Under the pieces are notes generated by a model. It had not been told where the DNA came from and did no database searches. It worked only from the letters and a program-made list of their open reading frames with translations. Both the position numbers and the translations under genes were made by a program. A stretch of 64,000 nucleotides of DNA from a virus (lineage: Duplodnaviria; Heunggongvirae; Uroviricota; Caudoviricetes). Position 1 is the stretch's first letter; every line of letters starts with the position of its first letter. The stretch covers positions 31,424-95,423 of the IMG/VR virus record IMGVR_UViG_2974574029_000001. One strand, 5' to 3'. Of the stretch, positions 40,112-48,480 are shown one piece after another.

Positions 40112-40649
40112 GTATTTTCCTTACAATGTTGTGTATGAGGCTCTTGGAAACACCGTATTTTTTAGCCAAGGAAACCACCCCATGTGTTGATGATCCATAA
40201 ATATACTCATCCCTTATCTTTTCCTCAACCTCTGTAGAAAAAATAGTTTCTTTAGGCGTTGTTAATCCAAGTGAAAAGGCGTGTTCACTATTCTCTTTGG
40301 CAGTTACCCATTCGAGGTTATCCTTATGATTATTAAGCTTGTCACCGTCCTTATGATTAACAAAAGGAAGATTATCCGGATTTTCATGGAAGCAGATAGC
40401 AACACAGCGATGTACAAAATGTTTCGCAATGGTTCCATTCCTGCTCAAGAGCACACGTCTGTAACCATGAATGGAGGTCTCCCCGATTACTTCACATCCT
40501 TTCTTTATGTATCTAAAGTTTCCACTTTTAGAATAAATTGGTCGGGAATGTGAAAATAATCTACCATCATCTGTTACATAGTACAATCCTTCATATCCAG
40601 GTATGTCCTTAGTGACCATCTGCACTGTACTGCTCTTTTTCATCTGCAT
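40092..40649 (-). CDS. HNH homing endonuclease (NUMOD4 + HNH_3)
   Basis: YEGLYYVTDDGRLFS plus VNHKDGDKLNNHKDNLEWVTAKEN. Confidence 0.6.
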   Translation of the reverse strand: MQMKKSSTVQMVTKDIPGYEGLYYVTDDGRLFSHSRPIYSKSGNFRYIKKGCEVIGETSIHGYRRVLLSRNGTIAKHFVHRCVAICFHENPDNLPFVNHKDGDKLNNHKDNLEWVTAKENSEHAFSLGLTTPKETIFSTEVEEKIRDEYIYGSSTHGVVSLAKKYGVSKSLIHNIVRKIHAQQST

Positions 40650-41190
40650 ATTTATATGCCTCTTCTAGGGTCAAAGGTCTGCCCCATACATCCCAACCCA
40701 CATCCAAAATCTTCCCTTTTCCACCAACCAAACTTCCGTGGCAATGTCCATGAAGCATAACAGAACCATGATGGCACTTATCCCAAACCATCATCGGATA
40801 GTGACTCATAATAACAGTTCTCTTACCAGGAAGATCTACTCTTTTGTAATCAACAACTTCGTGACCGAATTCACGGAAGATACGTTTCGTATCTCGGTTG
40901 TCATGGTTTCCACCCACAAGGATGATCTTTCCGTTGATCTTTTCCAGGATGTCACGAACGCGAGGCTCCATATAACGACCATAAGCAATCACGAAGTCAC
41001 CAAGGTGTGCCACGACATCATCTGGTTTTACGTGCTTATTCCAGATTTCAATCATGCCTGCATTCATGGCATACAGACTTTCACGGTCTTCTTTTGGACC
41101 GTACAGGTCCTTGCGGAATTTATCACACGAGGGGAAACCAAGGATATTGGTGTGCCACCAGTGGGTATCTGACGTAACGTGGTCGATCAT
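40609..41190 (-). CDS. calcineurin-like metallophosphoesterase (Ser/Thr phosphatase-like)
   Basis: HLGDFV and GGNHDN metal-binding motifs, with a DxH at the N-terminus. Confidence 0.55.
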   Translation of the reverse strand: MIDHVTSDTHWWHTNILGFPSCDKFRKDLYGPKEDRESLYAMNAGMIEIWNKHVKPDDVVAHLGDFVIAYGRYMEPRVRDILEKINGKIILVGGNHDNRDTKRIFREFGHEVVDYKRVDLPGKRTVIMSHYPMMVWDKCHHGSVMLHGHCHGSLVGGKGKILDVGWDVWGRPLTLEEAYKYADEKEQYSADGH

Positions 41191-41483
41191 TTATTCTCCT
41201 GATTTCTTTTTTCCAGTTCTTCTTGAATGTGACATGAAACGTCACGTACTTCACCTTCTAAGTCGTGGAGCACAGGACGGAGTATATCACGGATAATCTG
41301 CCTCTGAGAAGGGGTTATCCTATTTGCCTTCATAGCCTCTCGCACACTTGGAAAGTAGCCGTGATGTTTTTCTGCTTTTCTTTCAACATTTTCTTTCTTC
41401 TGTTTAGTTTTGCAAGTCTGCTCATTTTTTCTTCCTCTTCGTAGTTTTCTTATACAGACCCAGTGCAGCATTTTCCTGAGCAC
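41187..41483 (-). CDS. basic hypothetical protein
   Basis: 98-aa ORF. Confidence 0.25.
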   Translation of the reverse strand: MLRKMLHWVCIRKLRRGRKNEQTCKTKQKKENVERKAEKHHGYFPSVREAMKANRITPSQRQIIRDILRPVLHDLEGEVRDVSCHIQEELEKRNQENK

Positions 41484-41706
41484 ATGTCAAGACGCTGGTT
41501 AATCCGCGACGATCAACCTCTGGCATGTTAAGCTCCCACCACCCCATCCAATAGATCTCATCTTTGGTTAGTGGATATGAATCAGGGTCTGCTTCCTGAT
41601 CATGAAGCCGCTGCAAGGCTTCTTTGATAACTGACACTTCCGTTGTGAACACAAACGCAGAGGTATCAAACTTTTCCTTGACAGGTTTTCTGATGTCTTT
41701 CTTCAT
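41422..41706 (-). CDS. hypothetical protein
   Basis: 94-aa ORF. Confidence 0.25.
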   Translation of the reverse strand: MKKDIRKPVKEKFDTSAFVFTTEVSVIKEALQRLHDQEADPDSYPLTKDEIYWMGWWELNMPEVDRRGLTSVLTCAQENAALGLYKKTTKRKKK

Positions 41707-41996
41707 TTCATATCCTTAGCTGGGTAGGCGAACAGAATCCCATCCGTGATCTTCTGGTAATGCTGCCACACAATAAGTTTCATGCACACCAAGTTAACGA
41801 TATGCCTATCACCATGAATGTAAACTGAAGCATCCATCCATGTCTTTCCCCAGTCTACCCGGCTATCTAAGTACAGTTTCACACCATACTTTTTCTCCAT
41901 AGACTCCATGATGTCTCTCAGAGCGAGATAAGCACCTTTATAGATGGAGTCATCACGGGTAATGCTCTTCATATCCAAAATAAGCCTCCATAACAC
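41703..41996 (-). CDS. hypothetical protein
   Basis: 97-aa ORF. Confidence 0.3.
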   Translation of the reverse strand: MLWRLILDMKSITRDDSIYKGAYLALRDIMESMEKKYGVKLYLDSRVDWGKTWMDASVYIHGDRHIVNLVCMKLIVWQHYQKITDGILFAYPAKDMK

Positions 41997-42089
41997 CTCT
42001 AAGAGCCTCTGGGAGGCCCTGTATTTAATTTAATATGGGTTGGTAACCCAAGTGTACCACCATACACTTAAAACGCCTTAGAATGCGTT

Positions 42090-42431
42090 CTATAGAGTTA
42101 TACGGATTTCGCTTAGATCCACTACAACATTGTTGTTCTCGATGTGTTCCACAGTCATGTCTTTTGCATATATTACACACACATTACGTCGAGCTAGTCT
42201 CGACTTTATTGAAGCATAGAAGTTATCGAAGACCTTGTCAACAGGTATACCATCTGGTAATACCACGCACACATTGTGGTCTTCACCACATTCATGATAC
42301 ACTTCACGTATCATCATCAACTTGGTATTCTCTTCATCGGTCTGCTCCGGTTTCCGTCGTGGCTTACCACAGACCATTTCACCGATAACTTTTGTTTCTT
42401 TACTTGAAAACATAACAATCTCCTTTAACAT
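42090..42431 (-). CDS. hypothetical protein (last minus-strand gene before the strand switch)
   Basis: 113-aa ORF. Confidence 0.3.
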   Translation of the reverse strand: MLKEIVMFSSKETKVIGEMVCGKPRRKPEQTDEENTKLMMIREVYHECGEDHNVCVVLPDGIPVDKVFDNFYASIKSRLARRNVCVIYAKDMTVEHIENNNVVVDLSEIRITL

Positions 42432-42636
42432 TACCTAGATTCTACACGTTAAAAATTTCATGTCAACACTTGACATCATCTTTTCTTCATACGATAATCC
42501 AACTTATCGAGTCACCGACTCTATGATATAGAGTATTTATACTCTGTAGTAAAAGATCTTGTTTTAGGTCTTATGTTTTATTGTTTTTAAAGATCATAAG
42601 TTAGTTTAAATGATAAGTTAGTATTGTATTCCTTTT

Positions 42637-42733
42637 CGGGAATAATTAGATATTCCTAATCGGGAATAATTAGAGTTGACAGTATTGGTTTAGTAGTGTA
42701 GCTTCTAGTTATACCTGCTTGGGAATAATTAGG
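42637..42733. repeat. three direct copies of GGGAATAATTAG(A/G), one forming a palindrome with TATTCC
   Basis: Copies at 42637, 42661 and 42719. An inverted partial copy TATTCCTAAT lies at 42651. Located in an AT-rich intergenic region between divergent gene blocks. Confidence 0.6.
42676..42704 (+). promoter_or_regulatory. candidate sigma70 promoter for the plus-strand block
   Basis: TTGACA (42676-81) - 17 nt - TAGCTT; weak -10 box. Confidence 0.25.
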
Positions 42734-42742
42734 AGATTGGTG

Positions 42743-43111
42743 GTGGAGATAAAGATTGGCGAGCACTCGGTTAAAGTACGTGACGGTTCATATGTCACAA
42801 TCCCTACCATGTGGCTTTTCGATGAAAACCTCTCCCCTCAAGATTTGCAAAGGCTCGTAAAGTTGTGGTGGAGGTATGATTACTTCAGAAACCTTAACCC
42901 AGAGGGTGGTGAAGAAGTCTTCTTTCCCTCGCAGAAGTCTTTGTGTCATCTGTTTGGGTTGAGTGAAAAATCACAACCGAAGGTTTCTGAGTTCCTCTCT
43001 AAAATGGAGAAGCTCGGTTACATTCGAAGAGTACGTTCTGGATTTAAGGATTCCTCTGGGAATGCGAAGCCAAGACATTACATCATTGTTAACAGAGGTA
43101 CAAATGCTTGA
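42743..43111 (+). CDS. winged-helix DNA-binding protein (first of tandem pair)
   Basis: LFGLSEKSQPKVSEFLSKMEKLGYIRRVRSG is wHTH-like. Start taken at GTG after AGGAGA rather than the track TTG at 42719. Confidence 0.4.
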   Translation: MEIKIGEHSVKVRDGSYVTIPTMWLFDENLSPQDLQRLVKLWWRYDYFRNLNPEGGEEVFFPSQKSLCHLFGLSEKSQPKVSEFLSKMEKLGYIRRVRSGFKDSSGNAKPRHYIIVNRGTNA

Positions 43112-43667
43112 AATTCTAAAATCAAAAGAACTAGGGGCATCTGAAAAGGTTATCGTCATGTTCATGGGTCTGAATGGTAATGGTGTATATACCTATCAAG
43201 ATTTTATGGACTTCACAGGGTTGAGTAGGGCAACTGTTGGCAGGTCTCTTTCAAAACTATATGATGATGGTTGGATCGATAAGAAAACTACCATCTCCCC
43301 GTCAGGTGCAGAAAGTATAGAGTACGTATTGCTACTGCAAAAGGCTTCTGTTGCTGAGAGACTGAACAGACCGTGCTTCGTATACGTGCAACGACTGACA
43401 GGCCCAGGCCTTACAGTAGGTAAGGTGGGAATCGCGTTTAATGTTTTTGAGAGAATGCGCCAACAAGGGAAAAGTAGTCTTTTCCGTCATGAGCTTGTTT
43501 ACTCAAGGTTGTTTGAGTGCTATGCTGATGCTTCAAACGTTGAGAAACAAGTTCTACGAGAACTTCCACAATTTATTTGTGAAAAGGATTGGTTACCAGA
43601 TGGTTACACCGAAACAATACATGTAGATGATATATTACGCGCTATAAAAATTATTGAGGAGAAATGA
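43104..43667 (+). CDS. winged-helix DNA-binding protein (second of tandem pair)
   Basis: DFMDFTGLSRATVGRSLSKLYDDGWIDKK is MarR/wHTH-like. Start at MLEILK, overlapping the upstream stop by 8 nt; the track N-terminal extension from 42963 reads as out-of-frame noise. Confidence 0.4.
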   Translation: MLEILKSKELGASEKVIVMFMGLNGNGVYTYQDFMDFTGLSRATVGRSLSKLYDDGWIDKKTTISPSGAESIEYVLLLQKASVAERLNRPCFVYVQRLTGPGLTVGKVGIAFNVFERMRQQGKSSLFRHELVYSRLFECYADASNVEKQVLRELPQFICEKDWLPDGYTETIHVDDILRAIKIIEEK

Positions 43668-43668
43668 A

Positions 43669-44469
43669 ATGAGTTTAGAACTTCGTCTGAACAAACTGGT
43701 AGTTCCTGTCGATCACTTTACGTTCAAAGGTGGTGAAGAACAGGTTAGAATCGATATGGGGCATACTCCGAAAGGTGGTATTGGTTTCGTTGATATCACT
43801 GCTAAAATCAAGAATTCCACCGATGTCATGGCGTTAGCTATGTTGGTGGATGCATGTTCTCGTCTGGAAGGACTGCATAACCATGCTGAGTTTACCCTGC
43901 ATCTGCCATACATCCCGTATGCACGTCAGGACCGTGTGATGAATCCGGGTGAAGCGTTATCCATCAAAGTTTTCGCAAATATCGTCAACTCTCTTGGGTT
44001 TGACAAGGTCATTGTCGATGATCCGCACAGCGATGTCTCCGCTGCGTTGCTTAACAACGTTAAAATTCGTGGTCAGGATGCTCTTATTGCGGAATTCCAT
44101 GAAGGTCTTGCCGGAAAAGATGTTGTTATCGTTGCCCCTGACGCCGGAGCACGTAAAAAAGCTCAGAAAGTTTCCGATCGTCTCCGCCTCCCTCTGGTAG
44201 AAGCTGGAAAAGTGCGCGACCTGAAGACAAATGAAATTACCGGGACTGCTGTTTTCGGTGATGTTGAAGGCCGCGAGTGTGTTATTGTCGATGATATCTG
44301 CGACGGCGGTCGCACATTCATCGCCCTGGCACAAGCATTGAAGGCAAAAGGAGCAAAACGTGTTATTCTTTACGTAACTCACGGTATCTTTTCCTTCGGT
44401 AAAGAAGTTATCTACGAAGGCGGCGTTGATGAAATCTACGCGTACCACGACTGGACCGAAAACTTTTAA
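43669..44469 (+). CDS. prs: ribose-phosphate pyrophosphokinase (PRPP synthetase)
   Basis: PRPP-binding loop VIVDDICDGGRTF, VIVAPDAGARKKAQ, HGIFS. Start at MSLELR after a GAGGAG RBS. Confidence 0.7.
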   Translation: MSLELRLNKLVVPVDHFTFKGGEEQVRIDMGHTPKGGIGFVDITAKIKNSTDVMALAMLVDACSRLEGLHNHAEFTLHLPYIPYARQDRVMNPGEALSIKVFANIVNSLGFDKVIVDDPHSDVSAALLNNVKIRGQDALIAEFHEGLAGKDVVIVAPDAGARKKAQKVSDRLRLPLVEAGKVRDLKTNEITGTAVFGDVEGRECVIVDDICDGGRTFIALAQALKAKGAKRVILYVTHGIFSFGKEVIYEGGVDEIYAYHDWTENF

Positions 44470-44530
44470 TTGACAAATGAATAAGTGGGCGTACAATCGC
44501 CCTATTAAACACACAAAGGAGAAACAAAAC

Positions 44531-46222
44531 ATGCTGCATAAAGAAAGCCCACTCGTATTCGCTGACTTTTACAAACCTTCACACATCTCCATGTATGACC
44601 GACGTTCTGAAATTGTTCAGGACAACATGACACCACGCAATGCAAAGCACTTCATTCACTTCGCTGATAACGACCAGCGTGTAATGATGGCTGGTCTGCA
44701 AGGTTTCATCAAATGGTTCCTGATCGACCTGTTCAACGAAAACTTTTTCAAAATGAAAAAGAAGGCGGCTATCGCACAGTACAAAGAAATTTGTGACCTG
44801 AGCATCGGTCCTGACATGGTTGAAACCTGGGGCTTTGAAAAGCTGCATGACCTTGGTTATCTGCCACTGGAAATCCGTTCGATTCCTGAAGGCACTCTGT
44901 CTCCGGTACAGGTTCCGCTGTTCACCATTCAGAACACGCACCCTGATTTTTACTGGTTGCCGAACTTCCTGGAAAGCGTGATCTCCGCAGAGACCTGGAA
45001 AACCATCACAACTGCAACTACCTTCTGGCAATATCGCAAGCTGTCTGAAAAATGGGCTGCGGAGACCTGTGATAACAACGCCCATGTTCCGTTCCAGAAC
45101 CACTGCTTCGCTTATCGCGGTGAATCTGGTACTCACGACGCAGCACAGAGCGAATTTGGTCAACTGATCAACTCAATGGGTACAGATACCATCCCTGCGA
45201 TTCTGTATGCGAACCGTTATTACAACATGAAAGGTAAGTTCGTTGCTGGTTCTATTCCTGCATCAGAACACAGCGTTGCAACCACGAATATCGGTTTTAT
45301 CGTTGGTCGCCTGAAAACGGAAAATCCTGATCTGTCTCTGGACGAATTGCGTTTCCTGGCTGAAGTTGAATTCCTGAAACGCTACATCACGGAAATTTTC
45401 CCGAAAGGTTTTGTTTCCTACGTAGCAGACAGCTATGACTTCTGGGCGATTATCACCCGTGCGGCACTGATTCTGAAAGAAGAGATCATGGCTCGTGACG
45501 GTCGTGTGGTGTTCCGTCCTGATTCTGGCATCCCTGAACACATCATTGCTGGGTATTATATCCTGCCTGGTGAATATAAAACCTGCTCAGACGCATTTGA
45601 TGAGCTTGAGCGATTTGAAGGTCCATATACTCCTGAAGTTGTGAATGTGCAGGGTACTTGGTTCACCATTGAATATAACGAGTTCTCAGATACAACGATT
45701 ACTCGTTCAGAACTTACAGACCATGAAGTCAAAGGTGCAATCCAGTGTCTGTGGGAAATCTTTGGTGGTGAAATTAACTCCAAAGGCTACAAAGTTCTGG
45801 ACACCCACGTTGGCCTGATCTACGGTGACTCTATCACCGTTGCTCGTGCAAAAGACATCTTTGAACGTCTGAAAGATCGTGGTTTTGCATCCAGTAACAT
45901 TGTGTTCGGTGTTGGTTCCTTTACCACTCAATACACAACCCGTGATTCACTTGGTATGGCTGTGAAAGCAACTGGCGCTGTGATTGATGGTCAGCAGATC
46001 ATGGTTGTCAAAGAACCGAAGACTGACCTCGGTAAGAAATCTGCAAAAGGTTTCCTGAAGGTTGTTCGTGATGAGAATGGCGAACTGAAACTGGTTGACA
46101 ATTGTCAGCTTGAAGAGGTACAGTCTGAAGATAATGAACTGCGTCGTGTGTTCTACAACGGAAAACTGATTGTCGATGAAGACCTGACAACAATTCGTGA
46201 ACGAGCTGCTGCTCAACTGTAA
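44531..46222 (+). CDS. nadV: nicotinamide phosphoribosyltransferase (NAMPT/NadV)
   Basis: 563 aa. Conserved NAMPT blocks: FADFYKPSH at the N-terminus, GSIPASEHSV and VRPDSG. Start at MLHKESP after a strong AAGGAGA RBS. Confidence 0.7.
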   Translation: MLHKESPLVFADFYKPSHISMYDRRSEIVQDNMTPRNAKHFIHFADNDQRVMMAGLQGFIKWFLIDLFNENFFKMKKKAAIAQYKEICDLSIGPDMVETWGFEKLHDLGYLPLEIRSIPEGTLSPVQVPLFTIQNTHPDFYWLPNFLESVISAETWKTITTATTFWQYRKLSEKWAAETCDNNAHVPFQNHCFAYRGESGTHDAAQSEFGQLINSMGTDTIPAILYANRYYNMKGKFVAGSIPASEHSVATTNIGFIVGRLKTENPDLSLDELRFLAEVEFLKRYITEIFPKGFVSYVADSYDFWAIITRAALILKEEIMARDGRVVFRPDSGIPEHIIAGYYILPGEYKTCSDAFDELERFEGPYTPEVVNVQGTWFTIEYNEFSDTTITRSELTDHEVKGAIQCLWEIFGGEINSKGYKVLDTHVGLIYGDSITVARAKDIFERLKDRGFASSNIVFGVGSFTTQYTTRDSLGMAVKATGAVIDGQQIMVVKEPKTDLGKKSAKGFLKVVRDENGELKLVDNCQLEEVQSEDNELRRVFYNGKLIVDEDLTTIRERAAAQL

Positions 46223-46230
46223 TTTTAACT

Positions 46231-46252
46231 AAGCCCCTTCGGGGGCTTTTCT
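46231..46252 (+). terminator. rho-independent terminator
   Basis: GCCCC-TTCG-GGGGC-TTTTCT immediately after the nadV stop. Confidence 0.6.
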
Positions 46253-46264
46253 GATAGGTACACT

Positions 46265-46552
46265 ATGGAAAATCCATGCAAGTGGCATGAAGTCCCGGTA
46301 CGTGATTGCCTGACATGTAATAATACACCAACAAATCAATATTATATTAAGGAGCCTAAAATGTTTGGACCAGTAATGATGGAATGCAAAGTTTGCAAGA
46401 AAGAAGTTGAAGCAGACCTAGAAGCTCATGGCCCCGGTGTTTGCATCATCTCTTTCGGTTGTGGTCACCAGATGAATGCGAGCAAGGATAAGACAATCTG
46501 GATAAATACCAATACCGGGAAAATCGATCTCGAAGAGGTAGAGGGTGCGTAA
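46265..46552 (+). CDS. Cys-rich zinc-finger-like protein
   Basis: CLTC...CKVCKK...CIISFGCGH. Confidence 0.35.
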   Translation: MENPCKWHEVPVRDCLTCNNTPTNQYYIKEPKMFGPVMMECKVCKKEVEADLEAHGPGVCIISFGCGHQMNASKDKTIWINTNTGKIDLEEVEGA

Positions 46553-46757
46553 TTTAGTATCAAAAAACGATTTTAACAGGGCATCTGTTCATGAAGACCA
46601 AAAGAAGTCTTGGGTTCCTGATATTGAGGAAAGTCTTGATGAATATTACGATGATGACTGCGAATGGGAGACCGATGATGAGTTCATAGAGCGTATCAGA
46701 GCACTTTCCATATCCGAATACCGTCGTGGTGTCAATGACTCAGGCATCATGGATTGA
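46545..46757 (+). CDS. small acidic protein
   Basis: 70-aa ORF. Confidence 0.3.
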   Translation: MRNLVSKNDFNRASVHEDQKKSWVPDIEESLDEYYDDDCEWETDDEFIERIRALSISEYRRGVNDSGIMD

Positions 46758-46831
46758 CAAAAAAGGTGTCCGCTGGTAAGATTAAGTTATCAAAATAACT
46801 TGACTCTTAACAACTTACACGGTAGGACACT

Positions 46832-47077
46832 ATGTTTAAACTAAAACTCGTTTATAAATCTGATAACGGAGAGTATATTGAACACGAATCGAATCATAGG
46901 GAACTGGATGAAGCCACTGATGAAGCGGATGAGATCGCTTTTTCTACAACTGGTTTTGGAATTGAAGCCTGGAAATACGTTGCCTCCTTCGGTGAGGAAG
47001 GTGGATTGTACTATTTCTACCCCAATGATGAAGACCTCACAATCAAATACGCTCTCCGAATCTTCCGAACAGTTTAA
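46832..47077 (+). CDS. hypothetical protein
   Basis: 81-aa ORF. Confidence 0.3.
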   Translation: MFKLKLVYKSDNGEYIEHESNHRELDEATDEADEIAFSTTGFGIEAWKYVASFGEEGGLYYFYPNDEDLTIKYALRIFRTV

Positions 47078-47141
47078 GAATCGCAAACAACGCCGTGCTG
47101 AAGCGGCAATCAATCGTTCAAAACGAAAAGGAGCAAAACGA

Positions 47142-47261
47142 TGAAAGATGAATTTGACGGCTTTATTGGTTACGGTGAAGGAATTCGTCAGACTGAAGAT
47201 GTAGATTTTTTCGTTGGTTTCGGAGAGGGGATTTCTTCTGATGAGCGACCAGATCTCTAAT
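47142..47261 (+). CDS. small ORF (39 aa), hand-called
   Basis: AAAGGAGCAAAACG before the ATG; MKDEFDGFIGYGEGIRQTEDVDFFVGFGEGISSDERPDL. Confidence 0.2.
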
Positions 47262-47441
47262 TCTAATCACTGCATTGTATTCTCTGAAAGGGACTGGCCC
47301 AGTGAAAGCCTGCGTGGGATGTACTATCACAGGTCTTGCATTAGCTGTGGTAAGGAATACATAGGCCCTAAAAGAGAAATTTTCTGTTTTATTTGCGAGA
47401 ATAGTAAAAAAGACGTTGACAATGAAACAGGCAATCTATAA
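47241..47441 (+). CDS. zinc-ribbon small protein
   Basis: Start at MSDQIS after GGAGAGGGG; HC...CISC...CFIC. Confidence 0.3.
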   Translation: MSDQISNSNHCIVFSERDWPSESLRGMYYHRSCISCGKEYIGPKREIFCFICENSKKDVDNETGNL

Positions 47442-47465
47442 TATCTACCACATCAACAGTACAAC

Positions 47466-47538
47466 CGTTCAGTAGCTTAGTTGGTAGAGCATGTTCTTCA
47501 TACGGATAAGGTCAGTGGTTCAAGTCCACTCTGAACGA
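47466..47538 (+). tRNA. tRNA-Met (anticodon CAT)
   Basis: Acceptor CGTTCAG/CTGAACG, T-arm AGTGG-TTCAAGT-CCACT, anticodon loop TTCATAC; no encoded CCA. Confidence 0.75.
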
Positions 47539-47541
47539 TAA

Positions 47542-47619
47542 GGCCCTCAAGCTCATAAGGTATGAGCAATCGACTCATAATCGAGAGGTAGGTAGGTTCG
47601 AATCCTCCGGGGGTCACCA
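47542..47619 (+). tRNA. tRNA with CAT anticodon (Ile2/fMet-type), atypical
   Basis: Acceptor GGCCCTC/GGGGGTC (2 G-U pairs), D-arm GCTC/GAGC, loop CTCATAA, TTCGAAT T-loop, encoded CCA. One mismatch each in the anticodon and T stems. Confidence 0.45.
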
Positions 47620-47712
47620 ATTAAAAAATGTTGACGAGGATAATTGATTGAGTTAATATCCTCATGAACATAAACGGGAGAAATTCCCAAATAAAATGCA
47701 AAGGAGAAAATT

Positions 47713-48024
47713 ATGACTAAGAAAAATTCTACTAAGAAAGTATCTGCTATTGACGCTATCAAACAGCCTTTCCAGTTTGAGTCAAAGTCTACTCAGACGC
47801 ATTCTGCTCCGCATGATGTACGTCTGGGTGGTGTAGAGAAGACTGTTTCGGTATTTGATCGCCGTAAGGGTGAATACAAGTCAGAAACCCGCATTGAGGG
47901 TGGTCAGATTATCTCTGCATCTTACCGTGTTCGCACAGGTAAGACAAAACGTGAACGTGCTGGTAAAGTGAAGGAAGCTAAGGTTATTGAAACCGTAGCT
48001 CCAAATGGTAAGAAGAAAAAATAA
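47713..48024 (+). CDS. basic Lys-rich hypothetical protein inside the tRNA cluster
   Basis: 103 aa; AAGGAGAAAATT before the ATG. Confidence 0.4.
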   Translation: MTKKNSTKKVSAIDAIKQPFQFESKSTQTHSAPHDVRLGGVEKTVSVFDRRKGEYKSETRIEGGQIISASYRVRTGKTKRERAGKVKEAKVIETVAPNGKKKK

Positions 48025-48088
48025 TTCCTCCGGCATGGGGAACAATGACGATTCCGTGAAACGTCTTTAAAAACACGGATCTTATTTC

Positions 48089-48163
48089 GGGGTATTAACT
48101 CAGTGGTAGAGTAGCCGACTCTTAATCGGTTTGTCGAAGGTTCGAATCCTTCATGCCCCACCA
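48089..48163 (+). tRNA. tRNA-Lys (anticodon CTT)
   Basis: Clean cloverleaf: GGGGTAT/ATGCCCC, loop CTCTTAA, GAAGG-TTCGAAT-CCTTC, encoded CCA. Confidence 0.75.
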
Positions 48164-48165
48164 AA

Positions 48166-48270
48166 TTTGAAATGAGAGAGATACGGGTTCGACTCCCGTT
48201 CTTGCTGGCCCGGCTCGCGTAGTGGCACAGGGCGATAGCTTAAATGGACGAAAGTGCTCTCGTTTCAAAT
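48166..48270 (+). ncRNA. structured RNA element (13-14 bp closing stem around a T-arm-like hairpin)
   Basis: TTTGAAATGAGAG (48166-78) pairs with CTCTCGTTTCAAA (48257-69). Inside lie ACGGG-TTCGACT-CCCGT and a GGCCCGGC hairpin. Confidence 0.3.
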
Positions 48271-48291
48271 CGGAACCAAAAGGAGAACAAA

Positions 48292-48480
48292 ATGTTAGGG
48301 TCATTATTACGTATGGCTGGCGATATTGTTGGTACTGCTGTTGTTGTCACTGCAACTGTTGCAGAACCTTTTGTAGATGTAGCCGCAGAAGTTCTTGACG
48401 CCGCTGATGAGATGATTGTATCTCCTACCGCAGACGTCGTTGGTGAAGTTTGCGACTCCATTAAGGACGTTGTACGATGA
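48292..48480 (+). CDS. small hydrophobic/acidic protein
   Basis: Start at MLGSLLRMAGDIVG after AAAAGGAGAA. Confidence 0.35.
   Translation: MLGSLLRMAGDIVGTAVVVTATVAEPFVDVAAEVLDAADEMIVSPTADVVGEVCDSIKDVVR

Noticed and set aside
42963-43103. N-terminal 47 aa of track ORF 42963..43667
   Set aside because: This stretch overlaps the preceding wHTH gene in another frame, and its translation (MKNHNRRFLSSSLKWRSS...) looks random. The start was moved to MLEILK at 43104.
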